A stretch of DNA of 64,000 nucleotides from Podarcis muralis (GCF_964188315.1 NC_135655.1:41292001-41356000); one strand, 5' to 3'. Numbered from the stretch's first letter, positions 22,555 to 35,216 are shown. Notes: generated by a model not told the origin, from the letters alone. Numbers and translations: made by a program.

Positions 22555-24588
22555 GTAAGCTTCCAGAGTTTGTCCGCCTGTTCTTTTGTTGAAGCTCAAA
22601 TTAGTAATCTCTAAAACATTTTTACATTTATATCCAATGAGTTCAGTGTGTTGTACGTAGTTCTCCTCCTCGCCAATTAAATTCTTGCAACAACTCAATA
22701 ACAATCTCATTGATCCACCCAAAATGACCTCCTTGTGATGTCTGATTTTGATTGTAGGTTGGCAGATACACACCCAGTGGACTGGACCACCATACTTTGA
22801 ATATAAAAAAGAGAGCATGGATGCTCAAAGTATTAACAGAACATCATCTTGGCTCATTCCACAATAACCTCCTGAAATCCTCAGCCGCTTCCTACTCTGA
22901 CTTATGCTGAGGATATTAGCCTGATGCAAAATTGGCCTGAGATAATAAATACAAATGTAGCCTCCTATATTTGTGCATGGAGTATTAAGTCTTTTGCTCC
23001 GTTCAAATAGATTTTGGTATTAATAAACAACAAATACAAGTACAACCACAGTGGTTGAGCAATCAGCAGATTTCATTTAATTCCAAAAAGGTCTGCTCAA
23101 GTGTCATTGTCAATTTATTACAGTAGCTTTGATTCTTCTCACTTCTATACCAACTGGCACTCAGCAAAATGTGGATCTAGTAAATGTGATTGATGCTTGG
23201 TATCCCTGCATGAAATTGGAAAGATACAACTTTTTCATTTCATTGTTTGATTAGCTTTGGCAATTTCCTCCAAAGGCTTGAGGCACATAAGATAGTCCCA
23301 TAGTCACGAAGTACGATTGTGTGACTCATGGTAGCAGAAATTATTGTAGCGTCTCGCAGGAGAAACACAGCTGCAACGCATTTCAATCTGTTTAAATGGT
23401 TGAGAAACAGACTGGAAGCAGCAGTTCAGTTTTTAGCCGCTCCATGTCCCTGGTGTGTTGATGGAGTCATACTTACTTAATGATGTTAGTTATGAGTATT
23501 TCATCTGCTTTAATTCCAGTGGCTTTGATTCTCTGGGTTGCCAACCTGGAGAAGCTATCAAGCTGCCTGAGGCTGCATATTGATTTTACAGGGCAATACA
23601 AAATGAAAGATTCTGTATTTATTATTATTTTTATTTATCTGCTGTAGTTCAGTGCCACATGCTTAACTGTCAAGGGAGCAAAGAGTGGATGGTTGGCATT
23701 CATATTTCAATTGCTTGAGCTTCAGTTACAAATCAGCGACACTCTGGAGACTACGCTTACCCTCTAACACCCATCCTGCAGCATTCTGTCCTACTGCTCC
23801 TGGAAGTTCCTGACATAGACTTGTTTATCTGTGCCCTTGTTAGGCTGGGGGAAGTTTTCCATCCCAGGCAGTCTAAAAATGCAATGGATTACACACGTGC
23901 AGGTTCTTCCTTCTAATTTTGATTTTGATTTGGCTCAATGCTCTGTGTGGTTTTCCTTATTTCTCAAAGGCAGATCAGTACCCTGTGATCATCCCAAGTT
24001 GCTGCACGGAGAGATTCGGTTAGGTTTCCTCTGCGGCTGTCTTTGTAGCAAATTCAGCATTGCTGAAAGCAGTTTCCTTAAAAAAATGTAAAGAATAGTG
24101 GTAATCAGACCTAACTTCTGCATATGAGCTGTTGACTGTCTGCCACACCAGACACTCACGTGGTGGCTTGGTAGAAGAACTTCTTGTACTAGTCTTGCAT
24201 GGAGGAACATGTGGAAGGAGTATCTGATAATACTTCTAGTTGTCTTGATTTGCTCCATCTTGTTTTGTTTGGGGCCAGTCCAGATCAAGGTAACTATTCA
24301 CAAGGTGGAAGATTCTGTATTTTATTGTTGGTTCTTTCTTTGCTCTACATGCTGCTTTTTAGGGCCATTTCACACACTAAATTATGAAAGTAATGCCTCT
24401 TGATGGAGACTAGTTGCAGCACTAATGGGAGGTAAAGAAATTTTGGTGTTTTTCCCATACCTTCATCTGGTGGGAAGTGGGAACGTCCATGTTAAGAGCA
24501 TTACAACCATAAGGATGTTGAATTCTTAAAGAATAGAAACCTTTCCTAGTGAACACAACCTGAAAAAACACAACCTGAAGCGGCTATA

Positions 24589-24718
24589 NNNNNNNNNNNN
24601 NNNNNNNNNNNNNNNNNNNNNNNNNNNNNNNNNNNNNNNNNNNNNNNNNNNNNNNNNNNNNNNNNNNNNNNNNNNNNNNNNNNNNNNNNNNNNNNNNNNN
24701 NNNNNNNNNNNNNNNNNN
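24589..24718. other. Assembly gap (130 N)
   Basis: Run of N. Confidence 0.99.
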
Positions 24719-25182
24719 GGCACTAAATAACATCTATTAGGCATTCAACCAGAGTTCACTTCCCTCATCCTCATAAGGAGAGTTGGATACTATCATTACT
24801 TTTAGTGGGCCATTTGATCTGTCATTGCTCGCTCACACTTGCAGCTCATTATTTTACACAATATATAATTAACTTCTGAAATGTGCTGCAACAAGATGTG
24901 CTGATGACTCTTGGTTTAGTTAGTATTAAAGGAAGATTAGGCAAAATTCGTGGAGGATAGCTCCATCTGTCAATTGCCATCAGCTACAATAGGTACGTGA
25001 AAGCTCCATGCTCAGAAGCAATGTACTTCTGAATACCAATTAAGGGGGGAGGGAGACAAACAACTAATGGGGTTCCTGTGTTCATGCCCCACATGTGGTC
25101 CTCCTGTACGCACCCAACTGGCCTCCATGGGCAACAGAATGGTGCCCTTGTCCTTATTCTGATGTTATTCTCTGTAAAACAG

Positions 25183-25274
25183 GTGCCTGTTGTAACTTTG
25201 CTGCGTTGGCAAGCTGGCAGTCAGCTATGCGTTACAAGAAAAAGAAAACAGCACTGGTAATAACAGATTTGGTG
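25183..25274 (+). other. Candidate 92-nt exon
   Basis: Acceptor TTATTCTCTGTAAAACAG, donor GTG|GTAAGG. One open frame, GACCNFAALASWQSAMRYKKKKTALVITDLV; no homology recognised. Confidence 0.25.
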
Positions 25275-26423
25275 GTAAGGATTGCCCTTTTTTAAGGTTA
25301 AAGGAGGAACCAAATTTCAGTGTATATCAACCACATATATAATTATCATTCCAGCTGCAAATAAATATATCCCCATGGTGGTTAGAAAAGGGTGTCTCTT
25401 TGTTAGGGTCTCATTTCTTCATATGAGACTACAGACAATAATAATGCTGGCATTTTTGCCATCAGCTGTCACATTTCCAGAAAACGATATAAATATGCAA
25501 CCGTTTTCAAGGCAGTTACTTTGTGTGCACAGCTCAGTGATTTCCAAATCCTTTGGTTGGTTTACTCATTTGAAGCCAACGCTTTTAGCTGAAATTCTTC
25601 CATCTCTCTGTCTCCCCAATTGCAGACGTCAATACCAATTTGAATTCTTGAACACCCACAATGATGGAACTTCATCTTATTCCAAACAGTGTGTGACTGA
25701 AGACACAGGTCACCTCCAAAGGATGTACTTATTGAGCATTCATCCTGATTTCTTCCCAAAGAGCTTGCACAGAAATTATACAACCCACTGTTTTACAGAG
25801 CATTCATCATGATTGGTTTGTGTTAGGGTTGTACATTTGTTATACTACTCTAGTGCATTTTCCCGTCACCTCCCTTATCATATTGTACAACGAGTGCTTC
25901 AATTCTCTTTAAATGGGCAAACCCGAATTTTCTGATATGCGATTGAATCCCTCCTGCAAAATAGTAGCAGTCTGAAGGTAACCTAGGACACAATGTTCCA
26001 GATGTCGTGCACAGGTATTAAAAATGTTGAAAACCAAAATTGAGAACCCGTGTGTAAGGGGCACTTAATGACCTCTGCATCGAATAATGAATTGCAAGGT
26101 TTAGTAAGGAGAGAGCATAAGAATTAGTCTCATGAACATGATAACAGCAGGCCGCTATTATATGCTGGGAAGTGGTATTTCTAAACCAAACCAAAAGTAA
26201 GTGAATGGATGGGAAATTCTGGTAAGTAATTGTTGTGACAAAAGGGAAAAAGGCAACAACAAGGTCATTTTACAGCAAGTTAGAATCCACTTACTGAATA
26301 TTGTAGAAAGAAAAAATTGTTCCCTCTTTCCTTTTTTTTTAAAAAAAATAATCTCCGGAGATATCAGGTATTTTAATGACATTTGTTATGTGGTGTATGA
26401 TGATGATAAGTGTCCTATAGGAT

Positions 26424-26638
26424 AAAAAATTCCTTCCAGTAGCACCTTAGAGACCAACTAAGTTTATTATTAGTATGAGCTTTCGTGTGCATGCACACTT
26501 CTTCAGATCTGAAGAAGTGTGCATTCACACAAAAGCTCATACCAATAACAAACTTAGTTGGTCTCTAAGGTGCTACTGGAAGGAATTTTGTTTGTTTGTT
26601 TTGACTACGGCAGACTAACACAGCTACCTACCTACAAC
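26424..26638. mobile_element. Penelope-like insertion with inverted (head-to-head) pLTR pair
   Basis: ~80-bp arms with no spacer, centred on CAGA|TCTG (26507/26508); 13-bp TSD TGTCCTATAGGAT (26411-26423, 26639-26651). Confidence 0.85.
26473..26510 (-). ncRNA. Minimal type-I hammerhead motif, stem I truncated
   Basis: Minus strand AGAT-CTGAAGA-A-GTGTGCATGCACAC-GAAA-GC-TC-ATAC; only 2 bp of stem I remain. Confidence 0.55.
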
Positions 26639-26755
26639 TGTCCTATAGGATGTTAGCTAAAATAACTGGCAGACAGATTTTACCCAGATGCTCCTTTTTG
26701 CTCTATTTTCCATTTTCCTCATATGGCATGATTGTTGTTTTCTTTTTGTAAATGA

Positions 26756-27011
26756 NNNNNNNNNNNNNNNNNNNNNNNNNNNNNNNNNNNNNNNNNNNNN
26801 NNNNNNNNNNNNNNNNNNNNNNNNNNNNNNNNNNNNNNNNNNNNNNNNNNNNNNNNNNNNNNNNNNNNNNNNNNNNNNNNNNNNNNNNNNNNNNNNNNNN
26901 NNNNNNNNNNNNNNNNNNNNNNNNNNNNNNNNNNNNNNNNNNNNNNNNNNNNNNNNNNNNNNNNNNNNNNNNNNNNNNNNNNNNNNNNNNNNNNNNNNNN
27001 NNNNNNNNNNN
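26756..27011. other. Assembly gap (256 N)
   Basis: Run of N. Confidence 0.99.
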
Positions 27012-27996
27012 AATGCATGAGCTATTATGGGTCAAATACCACTGAGACCTTTTAGGTCATCTTCTCAAAGCATCTCAAATGCAGTGCCATTTAGTGGGGG
27101 GTAGGGCACACAGTCAGAGCTAATCTACATACCATATTTTGGCTGGGGAAACTCAACCTGATGGTTGGGAAATAAATAAATAAATAAAATTAATATTATT
27201 TTAAATCAGTACTTTACCAACTACTGTCCTTCTTAACGCTGCAACACACAAATCATGCAAACTGGTATTACCACACTGCAAAACTAAGTTTTGAAGAATT
27301 TGTACAGCTTGGCCTGTTCTTTCCTTGGGAGAACTGAAAGCCAAATGTTGCCAGTGGTCATGAAGCAATGCACCATTAGAACCACCCAGTATATAAGTTC
27401 ATGCTGAGAGTAGGTTGGCTGCCAAAAATTAAGCAGCTATATTATTGCTGCGTATTAAGCCAACTGCCCATTGGTTACCTGAATGAAAGAACTTTGTTTT
27501 CTCTCTCTCCTGTATTTTCCTTAAACTGGTATTGCAGCAAAAATGGGGGGAAATCCAAGTACAATATATCCTTGAGAGTGGACACTCAAAGGAGCACACT
27601 GTGCACCTTCATAAAACATACTGAAATAATTAGTTTTATTTATCAGAGAACAAATACATACCCCAAAGAAGTTGACTGCTGCAATGATTGCCAAGAACAT
27701 CTGAACTTGGATTTTCCATACCTCAGGCCTACCTTAAACAAAAGCTACCAAACAAGGTTCAGCCAGAATTTTACAGAGCATGCAATACTAGAAGACAAAT
27801 AACAATAAAAAATAATCCAATTTTCAAAATAATAATTAATTGATGCACCATCAAGGACTGGTGGATCACTTTCTTTGTTTTTAAGGTATGCTCAAGCCTT
27901 CTAAAAGTAACATTAGATTTTAGCAATGATTTTTTTTTGGGAGGGGCAGTATGAAAGCCGTATTAAAAATGCTTTGCTGGTGTGGAGAGCATAATG

Positions 27997-28086
27997 CATA
28001 GCTGTCAACTTTTCCCTTTTCTTGCGAGGAATCCCATTTGGAATAAGGGAATTTCCCTTAAAAAAAGGGAAAAGTTGACAGCTATG
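27997..28086. mobile_element. 90-bp MITE with CATA...TATG ends and 6-bp TSD
   Basis: Perfect 20-bp TIR CATAGCTGTCAACTTTTCCC; ATAATG at 27991-27996 and 28087-28092. Confidence 0.9.
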
Positions 28087-28596
28087 ATAATGGGAAAAAT
28101 ATGTGTTGAATGAAAAAAGAAAATGATGTTTCTATGTCCATGAAAAAATCTATTTATTTCTATCAGCTCTGTTTCATGTGGATTGTTTGAGTTTTAACCA
28201 ACTTGAAAGGCTTGGACGCAGCAAACATAAAAAGTAGTTCTTCCCCTGTGGCCTATCTCATGTCTTATCATGGCCTCTGTGAACGGCTAGGTAAATAAGC
28301 CTCTTTCAGGCTATTTCCTATGAACCTCTGATCCTTAATCATGCAAAAGAGAAAGAAAGCAGAGGAAAGGCACTTGTAATAGGAATAGAAAGGAATACTC
28401 TGGAAAATGGTGAAACTTCACACTTGCATTGAAGGCAACTGAAGCAAGAGCTGCTTTGAGCTTCATACTTGGATATACCCTTGCCATATGCTCTTTGTTT
28501 GGCGATAGGCAAGCCTAGAAGGGAAGTTTCAAAAGCTTTGGCAAGGCTGGCCACTCTAGAGGCTTATGAAAACACAAATAACTTGAGGGTTAAGTG

Positions 28597-28842
28597 CATG
28601 AGTAGGCAAACTAAGGCCCAGGGGCCGAATGTGGTCCAATCGCCTTCTAAATCCAGCCGTGGATGCACCGGCCCACAGCGTGTTTTTACATGAGTAGAAT
28701 GTGTTCTTTTATTTAAAATGCATCTCTGGGTTATTTGTGGGGCATAGGAATTCGTTCACCCCCCCAAAAAAAATATAGTCGCCCCCCCAAGGTCTGAGGG
28801 ACAGTGGACCAGCCCCCTGCTGAAAAAGTTTGCTGACCCCTG
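28597..28842. mobile_element. hAT-Charlie-like non-autonomous element
   Basis: Ends CATGAGTAGGCAAACT / AGTTTGCTGACCCCTG; 8-bp TSD GTTAAGTG/GTTGAGTG. Confidence 0.8.
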
Positions 28843-28974
28843 GTTGAGTGCTTCAAAACAGATTCAGGCTGTTTTGTGTGGGTTGTGGGGTGGGGGCTTC
28901 TAGCATTTCTGCACTTGTTACCTGCCTTGCAATGCAATCATCTGCAGATTTTCACAGAAGTAAGCTCCTCTATA

Positions 28975-29308
28975 GGGATGCGGGTGGCGCTGTGGGTTAA
29001 ACCACAGAGCCTAGGACTTGCCAATCAGAAGGTCGGCGGTTCAAATCCCCACGACGGGGTGAGCTCCCGTTGCTCGGTCCCTGCTCCTGCCTACCTAGAA
29101 GTTCGAAAGCACATCAAAGTGCATATAGATACCTTCTGGCGGGAAGGTAAACGGCGTTTCCGTGCACTGCTCTGGTTCGCCAGAAGTGGCTTAGTCATGC
29201 TGGCCACATGACCCGGAAGCTGTACGCTGGCTCCCTCGGCCAATAAAGTGAGATGAGCGCTGCAACCCCAGAGGCCTAATGGTCAGGGGTCCCTTTACCT
29301 TAACCTTT
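28975..29308 (+). mobile_element. Sauria SINE
   Basis: GGGATGCGGGTGGCGCTGTGG head, B box, CCTTTACCTT tail; small internal deletions. Confidence 0.9.
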
Positions 29309-29367
29309 ATGCTTCTTTATGTTCTGTGGACCTTACTCCTTAGTGTCTTTGGGATTGCAGCTTGAAT

Positions 29368-29600
29368 GTGGTACCTCGGGTTAAGAACTTAATTCGTTCT
29401 GGAGGTCCGTTTTTAACCTGAAACTGTTCTTAACCGGAGGTACCACTTTAGCTAATGGGGGCCTCCCGCTGCCGCCACCGCACGATTTCTCTTCTCATCC
29501 TGAAGCAAAGTTCTTAACCCAAGGTACTATTTCTGGGTTAGCGGAGTCTGTAACCCAAAGTGTCTGTAACCTGAAGCGTCTGTAACCTGAGGCACCGCTG
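29368..29600. mobile_element. Tigger-like MITE, opposite orientation to 9694
   Basis: Reverse complement of the 9694/19205 family; left TIR lacks its first bases. Confidence 0.85.
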
Positions 29601-30234
29601 TATCTGTATGCGGTAATCAAAAACCAGATTTGTCATTGACCTTGCCAGAGCTAGCATGACAGTGTATGCTACCTCAGGTGGGTTGTAGTCACTGCCCCTC
29701 CCCCGCTTTCCCCTCCTCATCTGGTCCTTGCTGCAGAGGCAGACTTTGGTTATAGGGTGCACTGAGCGAGGACAAAATTTGGCACTCCCTAACTTTGAGC
29801 AGGTGCCTATATAAATATAGGTGGTGGTGGTTATTTTGCATGGCCTTGGCTCGGCACCTTATGCAGGGAAACTTCCTGCCCCACCCTAACTCTGGCGCTG
29901 CTTCCACCACCACTTTCCCCCACCTTCTCCATTCCCTGCTGCCTCTCCCTCAGTCATCCTCCTTCCAGCTGTGCATCCCTGCTGTGTCATCCTCACCCCC
30001 ATAGGCACCCCCAAATTTTCAACGAAGGGGCCGGGCCCAACAAAGTTCTATGCGGCAGGGCATGCATGCCATGGGGCATGCCGACCCCAACTGCGCACAT
30101 GTGCATGCCACGGTGATGTCAGCATGCCCCGGGCCCCCTCTGTTGCGGTGGTAAGCCAGTGCGCCTGCTCACCACTCAATACCACAATGGTGGGAAATAC
30201 TGTGTAAAGTTTAACAGCATCTATTAAGCGTAAG

Positions 30235-30575
30235 TAAAGGTAAAGGGACCCCTGACCATTAGGTCCAGTCGTGGCTGACTCTGGGGTTGTGGCGCTTATC
30301 TCGCTTTATTGGCTGAGGGAGCCAGCGTACAGCTTCTGGGTCATGTGGCCAGCATGACTAAGCCGCTTCTGGCGAACCAGAGCAGTGCACGGAAAAGCCG
30401 TTTACTTTCCCACCGGAGCGGTACCTATTTATCTACTTGCACTTTGATGTGCTTTCGAACTGCTAGGTTGGCAGGAGCTGGGACTGACCAATGGGAGCTC
30501 ATTCCGTCACGGGGATTCGAACCGCCGACCTTCTGATCGGCAAGTCCTAGGCTCTGTGGTTTAACCCACAGTCCC
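30235..30575 (-). mobile_element. Sauria SINE
   Basis: Reverse complement matches the other copies; tail TAAAGGTAAAGG on the plus strand. Confidence 0.9.
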
Positions 30576-33500
30576 TTCTATTAAGCATAGTAAAGTGCAT
30601 TAGACTGCTAACCTGTCTTTGCTGCAGGTGGTGATGCTTTGGCAGTGATGCAGGCATTCTCTGTTTCCACCTTGACCACAATGTTTCCCTTTGAGGAAGG
30701 GCTCCTACCTCGAAGTGAGGAGTATTGGACCTGGAGACGTCTTTAGGACCACTGCAGACTGCATCCCTGCAGCAGCAGCAGTGGTGTTCCATAGTAAGCA
30801 CACAAGCAGTGGAGGCAACAGGTGACGGGGTGGCGGTTGGCTGACAGCCATGGTGTTGGCAGCAGTGGCAGGCAGACAAGACCATGGGAGCCTCATCCGC
30901 CACCCTGTGTCACATGCCTCACCTGACCTTGCAGCAGAGAAAAAGGGCACAATATTTTATTTAAGTGCTTCAATGCTGTATGTTTTTTTTGTATTGCGTC
31001 AAAATTTCTTCTGAAAGCCAGTGTCTTCGAGTATAAAAAGGCTATACTGAGCTACTTGGCCACATGGCAGTTTTGGAACAAATCCGTTATGCTGGATGAC
31101 TCATGACTCTAGCTCTTTTCTTTGGGGGGTGGGAGTCCTAATTCAGTAAAAAAAAAAAATACTCAATTTCATCTTATCCCAAGAGTACTAGTAAAAATGA
31201 AAGTTTTTACATGAACAAAATGGCCACTTTCAAACACTTGCTCTAAGAACTAATTACTTTAAAAAAAAAAAAAGATTCCTGTTTAGCTGACTGCAGATTG
31301 TCTCATTTTCCATTTTTAGAGATTTTTCTCCCCCTTAGATTTATGCTGGAAACAAACAATTATGCAAGGCTCCCCTTGCCCTGCAGTATCTGCCTCATTG
31401 CCAGTGAAAGTCCAGCAACATATTATTTCAACTTAACACTCCAACATAATTGCATGTAGGGTTCTTGCGTGTGGACGCCCTAATGTTGTTTCCCCACTGC
31501 CTTGTTGCATTTGCATATTGAACATGCAAGTTTGAAAAAGCTATTAAAAAATGCCTTGACATCGGTCCTCTTCTAGATGCTTATTCTGGAGGACTCTGGG
31601 GAACACGGCTCAAACGACTGGCAGGCTAAGGAGAGAATGATGGATTACTCTTCAGCTGTCCACACAAAATATGACCTCCATTGAAATAGCCAGCTTTGGT
31701 TTCTGTCACTGACATAACCCTCACCACACTTTTCTTCCAAGCTCTTAAAAATAATGGGAAAGATTATTCTAGTCTGATCCCATTAGGTAGATATTACACT
31801 TTTCATAACGTTCTGAGATCATTGATATGAGGTGTTTTGTTTCTTTATTTTTATATAAAAAAATATCTCTCCCATAGAAAAAAAATGGGATGCAGTTTCA
31901 GGCCCTTGGTGCTCTGAATGCTTTGGTTTGGCAAGTCTCACTGTGGTGCATTCCAATTGCTTTCTGTTTTCTTCTTGGCTGCATTGTTCTTGGAAAAGTA
32001 TGAGTTTGACATTAGTAATACAACCAAAACAGAACTTTTCCATGTGGCTTTTACATTGTTGAGCCGGCGTGCTGTGGCTTTGAAAGCCCAATAAAAGAGG
32101 TTGCGTAACAGGGATTACAGATTAATCGGTGGCATGAAATACTGAGATTGAAGAGTATGATTATTATTTTTTATAGTGGTCATTTATGTTGTCAATGTGT
32201 CTGCCGCAGACTCCCAAGTATTATTTTTTTCAATTTCACCTTGGGTCGTAATGTTCTTTGTGGGATCATTTAGGTAAATGGTTGCTGCAGGGTGCTGATG
32301 TCACTTTATTCAGTACTTCAGAATAAATTGACGTAGCAGGGGGGAAAATGTGTAATCTATTCATTGCACAGATGCATTGTGTTGGCATTTTGCCTAGTGA
32401 CACTTGCACAATTTTAAACAAATTGGCAATATGTGAAATGTAACAATATTTCAATATTGGTGAAATGCAACAATATGATATGCAGAATGGGGCATTCCCC
32501 CATGTGCCACGCCCCTGAAATTGGTTTTGGAGAGGTCAAGAGAGCCCCCAGAGCAGTGGCCGGGGGGGGGGGGGAAGGGAGGGGGAAAGTGTTCTGACCG
32601 GCAAAGTGATATGGTTTCTCCGTCAGAACATTTGCAATCGTGCATCACTGAATTCCATCTGTTTATTTCAGGCACCCACTTAATGCTTGGATGGTAGGGG
32701 CAGGAGCCAGATGAGCCAGATGTCATCAGGGCAGGGCCAGAGTTGCAGCCCCTTAGCAGCTTTCTATATGCTTTGCTCCCACACAAGGTAATATTTGAAG
32801 GGGTCCATACAGTGAATGGGAAAGGCAGGAGTCAAGCAATTGCCTTGGCAAATAAATATTGTTATAAGTTTGTGTGTGCCAGATTCTTTTAAATTCCTGG
32901 ATTCAGTAAATGTTAGAATTTAATCAAGGCTTGCAGTGTTTAGCTGAGTGCTAGACTGCTCTAATCTCTGGATCTAAGTGTTAAAAGCTAATTAAGCTTT
33001 TCCTCTAGTAAGCTCTGGGTGATGGGGCAAATGCGATGAGCATCAAAGGAGCTTGCTGAGAGAAGGCGGGTAGGGCCCTTCCCTTCTAGATGTGACCTAA
33101 TCGAAAGACACTGAATAACATCTTATCTTTTGAGAGTAAACTAATGATACCGTATATGCATGATGTATGATATATGAATGTAAGGGGTTCACTAAATTTT
33201 GCTACATCATTTTCAGCTGTTTATCCCTTTTGTTCATCTGTATGCGGCTTTAAAGGAAATGAGGATCATAAATTGGAGGATACGCCCCACGCTGTCCTCT
33301 GGTAACATTTGGATTCCATCTGTTGGGTTCCATTAACAGAACGCCATACCTGATAATTAGTCACAGAACATTTGTTCTTCTTGTGTTCTGCAAGAGAAAA
33401 CTGAGAAGAGAGATCTGGGAGAAACAGTTTCAGGTTTTGTAGCCAAAGACACATTGAGCGGTTGGGCTTTTAGAATCTCCCCTGGATCATGAAGAGTTTT

Positions 33501-33900
33501 AAGCCTAGATGACCAAGCAATTGAAGGCAGTTAAGATCGACTGCATTTGTTGTCTCCCCAGTCTTTGTTTTCTGCCCTTGACCTTATTGGTGAAATAAAC
33601 AGAAGAAGGTAACAGCCATTCCTGGCTAGCAGACATGACTAGCTTTAAGCAGTCCCTCTGGCCCATTAACTTTCTCCTGTCCAAACCTCCACAAATTTAG
33701 AACAATATCAGCATAATACTTCATTTTGGGTCTTCTGTTCTGTAAGAAAAGCAATTTTTAACAGCCTGACATGTCAAAAATCTCCAAAGGAAACTTCTAC
33801 TGCCATGGACCATGTTGAAGCTAGTTCAGGCCTCTTTTTAAAGCTCAAGTTAACTCCTGAAATTTTGAGTCTTCCAAGGGACCCCTTTGAACCTTTTAAA

Positions 33901-34233
33901 GGCGCTGCGGGTTAAACCACAGAGCCCAGGACTTGCTGATCAGAAGGTTGGCGGTTCGAATCCCCGCTACAGGGTGAGCTCCCGTTGCTCAGTCCCTGCT
34001 CCTGCCAACCTAGCAGTTCAAAAGCACGAAGTGCAAGTAGATAAACAGGTACCACTCTGGCAGGAAGGTAAACGGCGTTTCTGTGTGCTGCTCTGGTTCA
34101 CCAGAAGTGGCTTAGTCATGCTGGCCACATGACCCGGAAGCTGTACGCTGGCTCCCTCGGCCAATAAAGCGAGATGAGCGCCGCAACCCCAGAGTCGGTC
34201 ACGACTGGACCTATTGGTCAGGGGTCCCTTTAC
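33901..34233 (+). mobile_element. Sauria SINE
   Basis: B box GGTTCGAATCC; body and tail as in the other copies. Confidence 0.9.
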
Positions 34234-34276
34234 TATTGCAAATATGTGCATATTATTATCTTCCACAGTCTTCATG

Positions 34277-34410
34277 GCAGGGATGGGGAATTTGTGGGCC
34301 TCCAGACGTTGCTGGACTCCAGCTCCCATCAGCGGCAGCCAGCATGGCCAATGGTTACAGATGATGGGGGTTATAGATCAACAATACCTGGAGGGCCACA
34401 AGAGAAGAAA
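34277..34410. mobile_element. Degenerate palindromic hAT-like MITE
   Basis: CAGGGATGGGGAA..GGCCTCCAGA...CTCCCATCA ... TGATGGGG...CTGGAGGGCCAC. Confidence 0.6.
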
Positions 34411-35096
34411 ACTGTGAATGGGCACCACTGTTCTTAAGCTGAGCACTCTGGATTCTAAAACGACATTTCATAATAATGTGAACTGCTCAGTTTGTCAAAT
34501 GTCTTGTTTCTGAGGTCACTGACTTGAAACTTGACACCACTGATGAGATTAGCCTGTCATGCAGGGCGCTGAGCACCAAATGTCTGGGTTTTGCTTCCAC
34601 TGGCAGTGGCTCCAGAGACAGGAGAAAAAAAACAGCTCATAAATTTTTCTGAAATCTAACATTTCTCAAAGCTCAGAGCAGTTTTTTGGCTACTTTTTCA
34701 AGCAACCTTGTTTAAAGTCTTTTGCAGGGTATGAGTGTAAATAGGTAGCAAAAATAACATGAAATATTCAGTGGAATCAAGGTTAAATTGTCTGTCAGGC
34801 AGCATCCTCTGTCAGCAGCATATATTCACAACTAGTACTTTCACAACAATATGCATTCACAATTAACTTTATAAAAAAACTTAAGAACCATGATGAAGTT
34901 CAACTTCAAGTCATCTGTCAGGCAGACCATGTATTGCTGTGTTTTCGTTCAGAGCTTTTATTTTTCCTTTTTAAAAAAATTCACTTTGGAGACTACCATT
35001 AACAAAGCCTAACTATTGCTGTGTATGGTAAGGTGTTTGTTTGTTTGTTTGTTTGTTTGTTTTTTGTTTTTACCAAGTTATGCAGTTAAGAATAGA

Positions 35097-35216
35097 GGGC
35101 CCTCTTCAGCTAACATTTACTTGGAGTAAACCTATTGAAATTTATGGGCCAAAGTTAGCCATGACCATTAATTTCAGTGGGGCTACTCTTGAGTAAAAGT
35201 TAGTTGACTACAACCC
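35097..35216. mobile_element. Short palindromic MITE-like repeat (GGGTTGTA...TACAACCC family)
   Basis: Inverted arms TTACTTGGAGTAAACCTATTGAAATT / AATTTCAGTGGGGCTACTCTTGAGTAA; related to 41017-41123. Confidence 0.55.

Noticed and set aside
23970-24018. Peptide GRSVPCDHPKLLHGEI resembling the start of a sushi/CCP domain after a good acceptor
   Set aside because: The rest of the ~60-aa domain (later Cys and Trp pattern) is absent.
25282-25812. Longest non-transposon ORF (176 aa)
   Set aside because: Starts at TTG, has no recognisable domain and looks like translated non-coding DNA.
26688-27045. ORFs of about 100 aa here and at 24526-24744
   Set aside because: They run through N gaps.
31878-32084. 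Several exon-like frames on both strands, including a hydrophobic MQFQALGALNALVWQVSLWCIPIAFCFLLGCIVLGK
   Set aside because: Mutually exclusive readings with none recognisable; cannot choose without expression data.
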